64,000 bases of DNA from positions 16,007,528 to 16,071,527 of the forward strand of contig NC_068981.1 in assembly GCF_001194135.2 (NCBI RefSeq). Direction: 5' to 3'. Shown here piece by piece: positions 13,911 through 27,499 of this stretch (positions are counted from its first letter, which is position 1; each line of letters begins with the position of its first letter). The translations under genes and the position numbers were made by a program. Source of the stretch: Octopus bimaculoides. Taxonomy: Eukaryota. Below the pieces are notes generated by a model. That model worked only from the letters and a program-made list of their open reading frames with translations, was not told the origin of the DNA and did not search any database.

Positions 13911-15632
13911 TGTATATATATATATATATATATATATNNNNNNNNNNNNNNNNNNNNNNNNNNNNNNNNNNNNNNNNNNNNNNNNNNNNNNNNNNNNNNN
14001 NNNNNNNNNNNNNNNNNNNNNNNNNNNNNNNNNNNNNNNNNNNNNNNNNNNNNNNNNNNNNNNNNNNNNNNNNNNNNNNNNNNNNNNNNNNNNNNNNNNN
14101 NNNNNNNNNNNNNNNNNNNNNNNNNNNNNNNTATATATATACATATATGTACACACGTGTATCTATGTATTTGTATGTGGGCTTGTGTTTATAGATGTGC
14201 AAATGTATGATAACAGAAGAAATACCTTGAGTGCATTATGTATCTTTTGAACTATTACATGAAAGGATCTCTAACTATAAACCATCTTCATTTATGAGTG
14301 TTTTGCATTAAAAGTTAATCCACCGCTGTTTAAGTCCTCTCTTATTCATATATACACCCAAACATACATAAATTCGCTCTTATACAAGCATACACCTACA
14401 GAAACGTATAGATCACATTTATACATAACACAAATCAGAAATCTTCGTAACATATATTACACACAATAACTCGCACAATGAGATGCTTAATATTTGAATT
14501 GATACAGTTAGTTCTCAAATAATAATAAAAGTACAGCCGTGTATCTTAATAATATTTGAATGGTACACGCATTGAAGTCGCCACTTTGTATCGTATTCAT
14601 TCTACTGACAAGGCTGACGAATAATAATACACGTAAATCAAATAACTTCAATAGGTGTATCACGAAACTTTTGTATAAATGCATGAAAGAGCCTGTAGCC
14701 AAATTCTTGTATGGTATTTACGTTGTTTCTCTCCCCACTTTTTTTTATAATAAGATTTTCAAGAAATGTTAGAATTATTAAGTGCTGGAATTATAATCTC
14801 TTATGTCGATCAAGTTACACAATTTTCTTAGTTAAAAGTTCAGCAGCTTTTAAATTTGTTTCACGATTCTATGAGTTATAAATCAAAGACATTCAATATT
14901 ACAGAGGAGATAATTTTATCTATATCCATTTCCTGTGTGCAGTTTTGACGTTCGTCTTTAAAACTATGGTTATTGTTTCATAAATTTGTATTTTTTAGAA
15001 GTAATTAATCATCTATCTTTAGTATTTTTTAACCTCGAGTCATTCTGCAGAATTTTAATGAAAGGATTTCCATACGTGAGCATCCGGTTTATAATATAAC
15101 AAAAACTACATTATATCTCAAATTAATCAAAATTGCTAATGATTTGAGTGTATTTGGTTGTGATTATTACTGGAACCCGTACGTTAGTGAGGTTCTTTTT
15201 AAATCAGTGTTGCAAAGTTTATATAATTATTATGAATCCATTTCATTCATTGCACCACTAGTATCCAGGGATACGAATACAATCTTAATTTCTAAGTTAG
15301 ATCATTAACATATATATGACAAAGGCAAAAATCTTGCATCATATGTTTTCCTCCCTACACATGCAAGGCTTCGTGAGGTATTCTAAATAATACCAGTAAT
15401 TAAGGAGGATTTAGTGGGGTCAATCGATAAAAATCTAAGAAAACTATTGGTATCGTTTAATATATATCAAGTATTTTTTCAAAATTGGATTATTCTTATG
15501 ATTAAGCCCTTCAGTCCTAAACCCTGTAGTTACGGCTGCTGTCCCAACTTGTATCACAATGGAAAGAGTGCTTTCTACTATAGTCCTTGGACAGTTAATT
15601 TACTAGAGGAAAACTACTCAGAAGCTTGTTTA

Positions 15633-15675
<43 letters not shown>

Positions 15676-16099
15676 NNNNNNNNNNATGGAGGGGAATATG
15701 TGGTATTCATGAACTTGCAGACATTGTATTATGTCCTGGTTAGTTTTTAACCTGGTTAGTTTTTAACTAAGAGTACAATAAAAACAATATACAAACACAT
15801 GCCATATGAGTAATTAAAAAGGACATCTAGTGACCGAAGATGGGACAATGGGACAAAACACTAGTGTAATAATATTTAGGTATCCTTCCGGCAGTATATT
15901 GGATAGATATTATTCCTTAGTGGGTTGGATTCACAACCTCTAACTTTCTTGGATTATATATTATATATATACGTTCACATAATCTAGACATTTCCCATCA
16001 ACTTGTATAGAGGTGTCAGGAAATATGTGTATGTGTGTGTTTATAATCGTGTGCGCGAGTGTATATATGTATAGACGGATACGTTTGTATTTATATATC

Positions 16100-16265
16100 T
16101 TGTAGTGACAACTGGTGTACCTTGGTTAACATTCTCTGTAACCTTGTGTTTCGGCAAAAAGGATTTGGACAGATTAAGTATCAGATTATAAATAATTGTC
16201 GGGATTGTTAATATGGTGTCCCAGCATGGTCATAGTCAAATGATTGAAACAAGTAGTAAAAATGA
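16100..16265 (+). mobile_element. 3' part of a second SINE-like family, degraded
   Basis: GTTTCGGCAAAAAGG...GGTGTCCCAGCATGGTCATAGTCAAATGATTGAAACAAGTA resembles a 3' tail I recall from an abundant octopus SINE; no second copy in the window to confirm. Confidence 0.4.
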
Positions 16266-16298
16266 AAATGCTGAAACCTTTACTAAATATCGAATACC

Positions 16299-16338
16299 TT
16301 TGTTTGTTTTTATTTTAGAAATCGAAAACTTTACATTA
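16299..16338 (+). repeat. 40-bp exact direct repeat, copy 1 (copy 2 at 17291-17330)
   Basis: TTTGTTTGTTTTTATTTTAGAAATCGAAAACTTTACATTA occurs identically twice, 992 bp apart. Confidence 0.95.
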
Positions 16339-17290
16339 CTAAACGTCAAAATGTTTAGGGTCTTGTCATAGGGAAATATTTAATTTTGTGCAATTAATTG
16401 TATAAGACACTATTATCTGGTCACTGTAGAAGTAATATATTTGCCTGTTCAAGAACAGATGAGGTATCATAAAATGTAAAATATCTTTAAAATGTTCAAC
16501 TAGAAACGATCATGGAATATTTTGGCATAAAATAATTATCTGCTTGATAAATACTAATTTATATAACTAGTGAAGAGAACTTAAACGGAAATTGCACATA
16601 ATGTGTAATCTGAAAATATTATTTCAAAACAAAAATTATATCTTTAAAATATCAAATACATCATTAAGATGTGATTTATCAAATACGCACATATGTAGCA
16701 TACCAGATTCAACCATACAAAAATAACTATCATTATAATTATCATTGAGAATGTTGCTGTCTGATAAATTTATTGTCAGCTTACTTTAGCATTTTATCAT
16801 TGTAATGATAAAGAATAGTAATAATCATTTATACAAATGTTTTAAAATTACAGATTTATCTTAAAAAGTTCTAGTAAGATGTGTGATCATATCGTAACAA
16901 TAATCAAACATGTATAAAACAAACGCTAACAGCGAATGAATGTTTTCGGCATCATATCATATTCAAACAAAAGTGTTCAGACTAAAACTTGATATATCAT
17001 TTCGTATCATATTTATTTCGTTTTCCCAATTTACGTTTCTTCTAACATTTAACGAATATAATACAAATACTCATTTGGATAAGTCTAAGTTTAAAAGATG
17101 CTTATCACAAGATAAGAAATAGGAAAGTTATTAACATCAATGTTGAATTTCTCGTCAGCCATTGAAAATATTATTTATTTAGTAATCTATATAAGCCGCA
17201 GTTGTGTTTAGATTGAAATACCAATCGTTGACGTAACTGTAATGGCAACATTTTTATAAAATCAACTATGCAAAGATTTTGGAAAACCCA

Positions 17291-17330
17291 TTTGTTTGTT
17301 TTTATTTTAGAAATCGAAAACTTTACATTA
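17291..17330 (+). repeat. 40-bp exact direct repeat, copy 2
   Basis: Identical to 16299-16338. Confidence 0.95.
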
Positions 17331-20300
17331 TTAATTCTAAAAGGAAGAAAACACTATTTGTACACTGGAATATATTTTCTTTCTATATTAAGTATGAAGC
17401 TTAGCATATTTCATAATTGCATTACCAGATCATTCTTCAAAGGCTTTCCTGAAAATACTTTCAGTCGAATTTTATTTCCAATAATGGAATTGATGGTAAT
17501 AAAGAAGTTAATTGGATTATCATATCAAGAATACTTCGATTTCAATTGTTCTGTAGAACACTACTAAATATAGTTTGGTGGGGAAAATATACAACTTATT
17601 TTTACAAGAGATCCATTACGAACTATTAAATTTCTGCTTGCAGTTAGAAACAATAGATGTTTAAATGCTCGTCGAGAGAGAGAGACAGGGAGGAAGGAAA
17701 GAGAGAGTGACAGAGGGTGAGGGAGGGAGTGAAAGCGAAAGAGGGAGAGTTTAAGAATCAAAGCGAACTATTTTTCTATAACTGAATGAGACAATTCGTT
17801 TCATTAGTGTAGAGAGTTGGAAACGGAAATCATTTTCCTATCATCTGACGCTCGATTTGTGGTTCATTTTCAGCTCTTCGTCAGATCTCACTATGGAGAA
17901 CTATGGCCAAAATCTAACTTATTCATATTCTATCTAGACGTACATGATAGGATGTGAATTATTTGGGAAATGATAAGGTGTTGTGAGGGAGAGATCTGGA
18001 GAGGAGATTTAGCATTCTAGTAATGCTTTGTGTACAGATATTTACGTCACCAAATCCAAACTGACTCATTCTTAAATGTTGAAAGATAATATTTATAGAA
18101 TTAAATAGGTTCATCTGCAAAGCAAAGCGCTATATTTTTTATTGACATTGTATTTTATAAATTTAATATACGAGGGTTTGATGTGTATGTTAATCTATGC
18201 ATGATCAGCAGGAAATATAATAGATTCAATTTAAAATATTGCTGTTAGATTTCAGTCATATCAATATGCCATAACTTCTTAAAAATAGGCTTTGACGACA
18301 ATTTTCTATAAACAATACATGAACATGATTTTCCATAAATTCTATTTAATTTAATTGATTATTTTTCGCGTTATGTTAAACTGTATCCTAATGTCAATTC
18401 ATCGATAAATTGTTATTCTTTATTCTTACCATTAATGCTCATGCGAAACGTTTGAACGGCACATTTTTTTTTCACTTAATTTTCTACATAAGCGTCACAC
18501 CATATATCCTGTGAATTTATGAAGAGGATATGTTGTTTATTCTTCAGTAGCAATAAGATGGACGGCAATATTTCACCAGGAGTGAATGATACATACTCAT
18601 TATACTACAATATTATCTAGACAAGAAGCATTGATTTTATAATATATTGATTTACAAAAAACAAATTAAACACAACACAGGTAAACCTGAAATAAATTTC
18701 AAGTCTCTAATCTGAAATGATTAAGGCTGAAAAAGATTCAGTCTGGTCATTACAGCTAAGTTCTTCTTTGGATTAAAACAGAAAGTTTATATATTTTCTT
18801 TGTGAGCAGAAGAATTGTGCCGTACTTGACGTCTAATGAGTGACCACTTCAGGAAAATCTTTGACATGTTGTGTAAGAAGAGCATGGCAAAATGTCTTGA
18901 CATTTGTTTAGCGTTGTACCACAATGGCCTAATAACTACCTTTCACAACATGAAATGTATTTTGAGTTTTATTGATATTTGTATTTACTTGAGTAACTAG
19001 AATGATTTAGAGAAAAACAGCATAAGTATAGCTAATGTTTCAACTCTATCGTTGAAATCGAAAGGCAACAGAAACATCTATGCCATTCCATACATAAACC
19101 TTCTGTACATATATCGTATCCTACTGATATCAGACATTATTTGCTGATTTATATTGCCCTGTTATCCATGTGTCGTTTCATTTTAATTTAAGTTTCATTT
19201 CAGCATATATTATTAGACATGTTTATGCAGTGAGAAATTGTTCTACGAATTAGGAAAATTGGGTCACTGGTGAAGCCATATTTTTAAGAAGTTCATTTTG
19301 TTCCCGTGTCATTATTTTCACGGGGAAGGACTACATGTATGTAAATTGTACGACCTCTTATGGAAAATGCATTGGAATTTTAAGTATCATATTCAAGTAA
19401 TTAATTGAATATTATTCAAATAATCCATATTGACAGACATCTATTGGATTTTTGAATTGCACGTTATAATAGGTTATAATTGCGTTCGCCAGTGAAGATA
19501 AGGTGTGTAAATCGTAACATTTATATAAGAGTTGTTTCCCTTTAATTATTAGAAAAATTTATAAACAATACATGCACAATTAATAGCAAAACGTTACAAA
19601 TGGAGTACGTAGTGATGTCAAGAAGAGGGACAGCTGTTGGTTGAGGGGAAGAGTGAAGAAAAGTAAATGAGAAGAAGGAGCGAAAGATATTCATTTCGGT
19701 TTTTGTAGTAAATTCCAGTTTTTCTCTAATTACCTTTGAAATTGATGGGTGATGTCTCAAAACTTTACTTCTTGCCCTTGCATAATTAACTGCACTATAA
19801 AAACATGTGAAATGAGACTTCTTTCTGCTGTATATAAATTACATCTTATATTTCCGTTCTTTTATTATTTTCATCTCACAAAACTTTTACTCTTCATATA
19901 GAAAATCGTAAGATTTTTTTCAAACTTTATCTGTAAATTCACCTTTTTTTAAATAAATTTCTCATTCCTATTTAGTGATAACCATTAGTATTTATGCATT
20001 GAGATTCATCTCAATTTAGTTTTAAATGTTTTTAAGCTATGTGATCCTTTATATTATGAACACGTAAGTAACTAAATTTCAAGCAATTCTTCTTTAAAAG
20101 CTTTCAGTGTGTTTGATTAATAAATACCTGTTCATCATTTGTGAAATCAGAAACTTTGCAGAATGCTTAAATTAGCATTCCCAGTAAACGACATAGAAAA
20201 GACAGACCGTTAGCGCATCTCAGTATGCGTTGTTGGCGGGGGGATGGGGGTTTGAAATATTTTTTGTCGTAGAATTCACTGCATTCTAGTGGTTTATTAT

Positions 20301-21330
20301 AGAAGCGTTCTTCACTACCTAAAATCATATCAGAAAGCAAATTAAATATTCTTGTAATCTCAAAAATGAATCAATTTCATATGTTCTGTATTAGATGTGT
20401 TGCAGCCTTTTTATAAATTTATGATTTAATTCGGAGTAACGATTAAAATTTACCGATCCTGTAGGTAGTTGTAATAGTTAAATTTCGGCTGAAATTATTG
20501 TAAAGAATTTAAAGCGAATTTCATGTATAAAGACTTTCCCTGGGGACATATTGGAACATAGCCAGTTTTTTTTATCACTCTCTATTGAAGATCTATTTGC
20601 AATCTTCATATTCAATCTTTTCAAGAGGGTAAAAAGTCATCTGGTAGTATTTACTTTCATCATATTTTCTTCCATTTAGACCACAGTGGCCTTGCCTTTT
20701 GTCTACAGTACTGTCGCTTAAGGGTCTTATATTTAACGTCCTACTACAGTACATAATAGGTTGCTAGTATTCATAATGCAGAGGTGCGTGGCTCAATGGT
20801 TTGAGTGTTGCAGTAGAATATGCATATGTAACCCGCTGAATCCGGAAAATCTGTCTTATTGTCCTAGAACTCGGGAAAAACATTTCACCTTTCATCCTTT
20901 TTTAAATTTACGTATTATTGTAACAATACTTATATTAATCTATAGTACTAACGAATTGGTATGGGAGAGAAGACGAGGTGATCGGTTATGTGTATTACGA
21001 AGCAAAATTGTTATTATCTGTATGAATAATTTACGTTCTAAATACAACCCAAAATTACAATTATAATATTAATATTTAGAATTCAATAGACCATGTACTG
21101 TGGTAAATAAATCATAATGACAAAGCATGTTAGCTCATTGATATGCTAATCTCAGTAGACTGCAACACTTCAGCCAAAACGTATGGAAAGTGAAACTATT
21201 ATTGAACCTCGAATTAGAGGTCTCAAAAGTAAGGCTTCAAAGAACAAGAATATTACCTTTTATTAACGGAATCTTTGGAATAATATGAAATGGGTGTTTC
21301 GTTTAACATCCTTAAACAAACCTTATTGAG

Positions 21331-21503
21331 AGCTAATATTGCCTGTGTTGACAAAGCCCTTCACCATCAATAGCTAATGTCTTCTGGTTTAAAATCAGAA
21401 ACAGAAGGCTTTATAGTAGCCCAAGATCGATGTCTACCTACAAGGAGCAATCAGGCCAAAAATTTAAAGAAGGGCAGTAGCCCAACATGTCGTGCATGTA
21501 ATC
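21331..21503 (+). mobile_element. R4/Dong ORF fragment (pre-knuckle region)
   Basis: SSGLKSETEGFIVA-QDRCLPTRSNQAKNLKKGSSPTCRACNQ; a diverged duplicate of ~21745-21925. Confidence 0.75.
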
Positions 21504-22659
21504 AAGATGGCATAAACGCCTACCTGAAAGACTCTGATGATTGGATGTTAAAACTTGTCTTAAAGCATGAAAACATAAAAGCATTACACTCAGTAACAAA
21601 ACAGGCAATGGAATATCTAAATGGATTCCAAGTACAACTCATCCCAGAATTAGAGGTTCTGGAAACAAGCGTACGAAAATCCCTGCTAAAAGATATTCTT
21701 ACTGATGAATGACAAGTAAAACCTCTCAATGACAAATACGCAAGGAAAGCTAATAATACCAATGTTGACAAAGCCTTTACCCAACAATAGTTGGTGTCTT
21801 CTGGTTTAAAATTGAAAACAAATGTGTTTATCATAGCAGCCCAAGATCAATGCCTATCTACATGGAGCTACGAGGCCAACATATTAAAGAAAGACAGTAG
21901 CCCAGCATGTCATGTATGTAAACAGCAAAATGAGACCATTGATCATGTTGTCTCCATGTGCAGTCATATTGCGCATACAGAGTATCACAACAAGCATGAT
22001 AGTGCAATACAATATATTCACTGGGTAATTTGCAAAAACCTGGGCCTGCCCCACGATAATAACTGGTGGGAACACAAACTACATCATTGCTTCAACATGA
22101 CCACATCTCCCTCTTCTGGAACATCACCATTCAAACTGACAGAAAGAGAGATGCGAATAGGCTAGACATTATATTGAAAGACTTCAGACGAAAATAATGC
22201 CTCCTCATTGATATGACTGTCCCAATCGACATAAATTTACCTGTAAAGACCTACCAAAAACTGAGCAATATAAAGATCTTGAAATAGAAATTGGCAAAAT
22301 GTGGAACCTCAAGACTAAAACATTACCTGTTGTAATATGTGCTCTAGGAATGATAACAAAAGGGACTGATTCCTACCTAGCTCAGATATTAGGAAACCCC
22401 AAAATGGAAGAAATTCAAAAGACAGTGGTCATGGGAACTGCCCATATCCTACGTGAAATACTGTCTATGTAATCTCAAATTTTAACACAAACTAATTTTC
22501 TTATGCTTTCTTAAACATTCTCTTGAACAATCCTATGTGCAAGACCAAATATATGACACCCTAGGCATAACACCAACATGGACTTCTAACTTATTGTCTC
22601 TTGAGGTCTCTGGGTGAGACTTGGAGTCAACTTGTACAATTACTAATCAGAAGTCAAAC

Positions 22660-22660
<1 letters not shown>
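21504..22660 (+). mobile_element. R4/Dong-clade LINE, 5'-truncated (subfamily 2): CCHC knuckle, RLE domain, 3'UTR
   Basis: IIAAQDQCLST...CHVCKQQNETIDHVVSMC...HD...IHWVICK...WWEHK...ANRLDIILKD...CLLIDMTVPID...GTAHILREILSM* (stop 22470-22472), with several stops and frameshifts; 3'UTR runs into (TAA)n. Confidence 0.85.

Positions 22661-22733
<73 letters not shown>
22661..22733 (+). repeat. (TAA)n tract at the 3' end of the LINE
   Basis: Directly visible. Confidence 0.95.
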
Positions 22734-22734
<1 letters not shown>

Positions 22735-22893
22735 TCTTTTCTATTACATATACAAGTCCTGAAATTTGTTGAAAGGGGGATAACCCCTTACGTCACGCCA
22801 AGTGCACAACCCCGAAAATATGAAACGTAAGTTCGGCCTCAGCGCAGAACGCGAAGAAGGATAATTTGTCACTTAGGCGTCTTTGATGGTTTA

Positions 22894-23098
22894 AATTTTG
22901 GCACAAGGTCAGTAATTTTAGGGGTGAGGTTGATTGATTACATTGGCCTCAATATTCAATCGGTACATCTTTGATCGACTCTAATAGAGACAAAGTCGAG
23001 CACGCTGGAGGTTGAACTCGAAATGAAAAGACCGATGAAATGCCGGAATGTTGCAAAATATTTGGTGTGGCGTACTAACAATACAGTCAGCTCACCAA
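22894..23098 (-). mobile_element. Degraded tRNA-derived SINE
   Basis: Reverse complement reads TGGTGAGCTGACTGTATTGTTAGTACGCC...GAGTTCAACCTCC...GACCTTGTGCCAAAATTTAAA. Confidence 0.6.
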
Positions 23099-23224
23099 TA
23101 ATGACGCCAATAATAATAGTAATAATTATAAGGAATTTTACTGTTATTGTTGTCGTTTTGATGTTTATTATTGTTCTTCTTCTTCTTCTTAATATTATTA
23201 TTGTTGTTGCCTTTGCACAGCTTC

Positions 23225-24215
23225 TAAAACTGGAGATGTACTGCGGTGTCACCTGTTCACTACCAGTGAACTAAGGTAACACCTCTTACTTTTCGAGCAC
23301 CTTCCGGAGTATTCGAGCGGTTCCAAGCAGTGCTGTTTTCTACAAGTGCTCCACCGTTATTGTAGCACCTATTTGTTCCACATACTTCTCGAGATTTTTG
23401 CTCACTGTTCCCAGGGCTTTGAAAATTATTGGTATTACTTTTACCTTTTTCATGGGTTACAACTGCTTAACTTCCCAAGCTAACCTGTCATATCTCTCGA
23501 CTTTTCTTTCTTCCTTATAGCATACTTTGTTGTCAGCTGGGCATGCTATATCTATGATGCAGCATAGTTTGTTTTCTTTCTCAATTAAGACTATGTCCGG
23601 CTTCCAATTCCCTATCTCATGGTCGCACTGAATCATAAAATCCCATAGGATCTTTGCATTTCTATTTTCGACGATGCCTTCAGGTTTGTGGTCGTACCAA
23701 TTTTTTGCTCTGTCAAGTTCATACTTGTTGCAGAGTGTCCAATGAACAAGCCGGGCTATATTGTCGTGGCGTCTCTTATATTCCTACGGGGCTAGTGGTG
23801 TACATTGGATAGTAATATGCCATACGGTTTCACCGTTTTGTCCAAAGATTCTGCATTTATCACTTTCTGCTGTGTTGTCTATTCTGTATTTTATGTAGTG
23901 TGTTCTTAGTGTTTGCTCTTGGGCAGCACAGATTAGAGCCTCCATTTCCGGTTTTGAAATCACTTTTAGTCATCCACAGACATCTTTTTACTCTGCTTGT
24001 CTTATCTTCAACATCTCTATGAAATTGACCATGCATTCTTTTTCTTTACCCACCTATTTTCAGTTTCATTTGTTTTCAATTTCTTTTATAGTGCTTTATC
24101 TTTTCAATCTTTCATCCTATACAAGCCTGATCTAAGTTTGATTATTGATGCAAACCCAAGTTCATATCTATGTCCGCTGAATCTTGATGTGTTTTGTGTC
24201 TGATCCGTATTCTCT
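23225..24215 (-). mobile_element. R4/Dong-clade LINE fragment (another subfamily)
   Basis: EYKRRHDNIARLVHWTLCNKYELDRAKNWYDHKPEGIVENRNAKILWDFMIQCDHEIGNWKPDIVLIEKENKLCCIIDIACPADNKV...TALLGTARILRKVLEK*, an RLE domain with the PD...D motif. Confidence 0.8.
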
Positions 24216-24329
24216 ATCGTTTTGGTGGCACACAATGTTATTTTTTTTTCTGTGCGTTGTGCACATTTGTAAGTCCAAAGTTTTGGTTATGCATTTGCTT
24301 GTATACTTTCTAAATATCCCTGATAATTT

Positions 24330-25000
24330 ATTATAAGAAATATTACAGCTTTTAGCACAATTGGTTTATTTATATTTACAAAATTCTTTCCCTTGTCTCA
24401 GATATAAATTAACAGTACCTGAAAACTTAAATTCTTACCCGTTGGTGTTAGCTAACAAGAACTATTGGTTTAAACTTGGCCTTATGTCTGCATGGACTAA
24501 AATAACCTCATGTATAGTTAACTTTTCATTCTGTAATACTGTGTCAGGTGTATGCGTGTACTAACTTCTAATTTATTTGGGACAATTAGCGTATAGATAC
24601 TTAATTGCTGGGACCATTAGCCTAATGATACTTAATTAGCCTTTTATGATATTAAACTAATGACTAGAATGTTTCAGTTTTATGTTTAGTTCATTGATTC
24701 TCGATTATTTCCTTGTCCATATCTGTTTCAGTTCTTTTCCATTAGTTTTGGTATCAATTTTACGAGTGTTTTATAATTTTTCTCCCTTTAAATTGAAAAG
24801 GTGCAATTTTAAAATCCGGATTTATAAATTTGATTGATAAATTCGTCTATTGTCTCTAACATTGTTTCTACTGGCTTACCATTTACAGCGTAGAAAATGG
24901 ACTTTGTATATTAGAAACTGTTTCTGTTCTATAGAAACCTTTCTTCATGAATTGATACTCGTGAATGCAGTTGGCATAAAACAGAAAACAATTGAAGGAA
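24330..25000 (-). mobile_element. Heavily degraded R4/Dong relic
   Basis: Minus-strand YTHTPDTVLQNEKLTI... matches the WYxHxPxxVxENE region; the rest is fragmentary. Confidence 0.35.
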
Positions 25001-25204
25001 GTTCCCTTGCAGCATTTCTCTTCGAACGGCTGTTAGTTAAGATGTTGTCTTTTATAAAACTTCCCTTTCTATCGGTATTTGCATAATTGTTTGCCATTTC
25101 TTCTTCATCATATTATTTATGAATCTTATTACTGATGTTACCGTTCTCATATATTATATAATAATCCATGAGTAAAGTAACATCAGTAATAAGAAATTCG
25201 TGTC

Positions 25205-25290
25205 CAACTAAATCGCTCTTTATGTTGTGAGTTCAAATTCAGCGAAGATCAACTTTGCTTTTCGACATTATGGGGTTGATAAAATAAAGT
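25205..25290 (+). mobile_element. tRNA-derived SINE fragment
   Basis: TTATGTTGTGAGTTCAAATTCAGCGAAGATCAACTTTGC...GGGGTTGATAAAATAAAGTAC. Confidence 0.5.
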
Positions 25291-25479
25291 ACACCTCCTT
25301 TGCTTAATATAATCAATTATTTTCCTCCCACTCCATTAATATCGTTTTGCTTTCTGCATATGCATCAACAATGTTATTATATTTTATTGCACAGTGTAGG
25401 TTTATAAACCTCTATTTTGCTTCATTGTAACGTTCACGCCTTAAACGACATTAGACAGAAACCACCTAAGAATGTACTT

Positions 25480-25660
25480 TGTCACTAGGAGTACAGAGAG
25501 TAATCGCGCATCGGTTCAGGTGGTGTGATCTTGTTGGTAGGAATTGAAGTACATGTTGGGATGATAACTGGCACAAATGACGCTTCTGCTGCCTGTATTC
25601 ATCATAGTCTTGATATTTCTGTTCTCATTCAGTAAATTTCGAGATCATTCTGCTTTCTTC
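25480..25660 (-). mobile_element. Degraded R4/Dong RLE C-terminus relic
   Basis: RTEISRL**...FVPVIIPT resembles EIxRLW...VPVII. Confidence 0.3.
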
Positions 25661-25718
25661 TCATGGGTTTAATATCATCCTCTACATTATCATGGTTAAT
25701 AAAAACATCATCATCATT

Positions 25719-25762
<44 letters not shown>

Positions 25763-25769
<7 letters not shown>

Positions 25770-26293
25770 GTTACACTGAGGTAAAATATACGAAGCCCAA
25801 TATATTCATCACGACCACCCGTGTGATAAGTGTACACCAGGTACATGCATCACAAACATTTGTGCACGACATGGTGATCTCATATCAAGATAAACAGCGT
25901 ATGATCTTGCAGGGGTAACCCAGTTAGAACTTTTTTCCGGTCGAGTAATCCATTCCGCTCAAAAGGCCCTTGAATAAGAGTTGTTTTAGGATGTTGAATG
26001 AAAAACCTATGTTTCCTCATGTGAATTATTCAAACCCCAAAGAATTCCTTTAAACGCATGAATATGATGCTCTCCCACTACTTCTGCTCGTGATCAGAGA
26101 TGCACATACCGTCAGCCACCAAAGGACATGCTCAGCTGGTTAAGGTCAAACAATTGACAAACAAATCTGTGGTACTGAGCAGAATATTTGCTGTATCCCA
26201 TTTTTATAACAAGACAAAACGTGTACATGATAACACTTCCAATCAGTTAAGATCAGAAGCCATTGGAGCCACTGCCTGGCACTACATCAGCGC
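25763..26293 (-). mobile_element. ~550-bp unclassified element, near full length
   Basis: Homologous to the copies at 6141, 31436 and 32061; flanked by (ATC)n on the left and (ATT)n on the right. Confidence 0.85.
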
Positions 26294-26297
26294 ATTA

Positions 26298-26361
<64 letters not shown>

Positions 26362-26363
<2 letters not shown>

Positions 26364-26590
26364 GTTTTATTTTTATAACGTGCTTTCACTTCACTACTGA
26401 GCGCAGCTCTGTGTGCCTTGGGTATGTGCTGTGGTTTGCTGAGATGCTTTGATGGTTACTGTATTGAAAGCGTTTTGCGTAGGATGTGTGCAGTGCCCAG
26501 TAGTGCAATTTTCTCTAAGTTATATATATTTGTAAGTCCTGGTGTTTTTGTTACGTATTTGGCTGAATATTTTTTTTTATTATACCTAAG
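26362..26590 (-). mobile_element. R4/Dong subfamily-1 3' end
   Basis: Near-identical to 6860-7088; abuts (ATT)n. Confidence 0.85.
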
Positions 26591-27475
26591 TGTGTAATGC
26601 TTTGGAGTTCTGCACTGGTGGTGGGCGTTTAATTCACTGGGTAAATGCTGTATACAGTGTCTTGTATTCGTGGGTTGTGTTATTTAGGTTGTATTATAGG
26701 ATTGATAGTGTCATGCGTAGGATATGGGCTGTTCCTAGCTGGGCTCTTTTTTTTGGACAGCGTAGTGTTGAGGATCCATGTACAGCTTCTACATTTTTGT
26801 TCGTATGATATTTTTATCATGCCCCATAATACAATTATTATTGGTATTGTTTTTACCTTCAAGCCCCACATTTTGAATATTTCTGTTTCGAGGTCTTTGT
26901 ACTTAGATAATTTCTCGACTTCTTGTTTGGCAATATTTTGATCAGAAGGGACTGCAAAGTTTATCAGTAAGCAGGTGGTTTTCTCCAATCCTTGACTATT
27001 ATGTCTGGGTGATTAGCTTTTATTTCTTTATCGATTTGGCCTGGCATATCCTAGGTGAATGTGGCCTAATCATTGTTTTGTATGTTGCTTAGGACATCAC
27101 TTGTCAATTTTGATGTTGTGATGCTGGCATATTGTTCAGTGGATATAACTGTTTACTTTGTCGTGTCTGTATACTTATTCAGACTTGGCAAGAACAGGGC
27201 AGCCCGAGATGATGTCGTCAACTGTCTCACTGTGCTGGTCTCATATTTTGCATTTGGTGTTGAGGCCTGTTCTCATTATTTTGTTTTTATAATTGTTTGT
27301 AGTCAGGCATTGGTCTTATGCAGCGAGAATCAATCATTCGGTTTCGAATTTTCGTCCAGAGCTTTTGAGCCATTTTTGGCTTTTACTGTGGATCACTTTC
27401 TCTCCGTCAAGCCTTGCAGGTTATTGGCCATGAAAGGATTTTCCTCTCCATTTCTGCTTCAGTATCTTTTTTAAT
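26591..27475 (-). mobile_element. R4/Dong fragment: knuckle plus RLE
   Basis: LILAA*DQCLTTNNY...CKI...ETVDDIISGCPVLAK...RHDKV...TCLLINFAVPSDQNIAKQEVEKLSKYKDLETEIFKMWGLKVKTIPII. Confidence 0.8.
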
Positions 27476-27499
27476 TCAGTTTTATTATTATTATTATCC

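Noticed and set aside
14508-14702. SGDFNA motif suggesting an APE endonuclease
   Set aside because: A single short motif with no neighbouring endonuclease or RT motifs.
17268-17567. 99-aa ORF as a gene
   Set aside because: AT-rich composition and no recognisable domain; mentioned only in connection with the 40-bp repeat.
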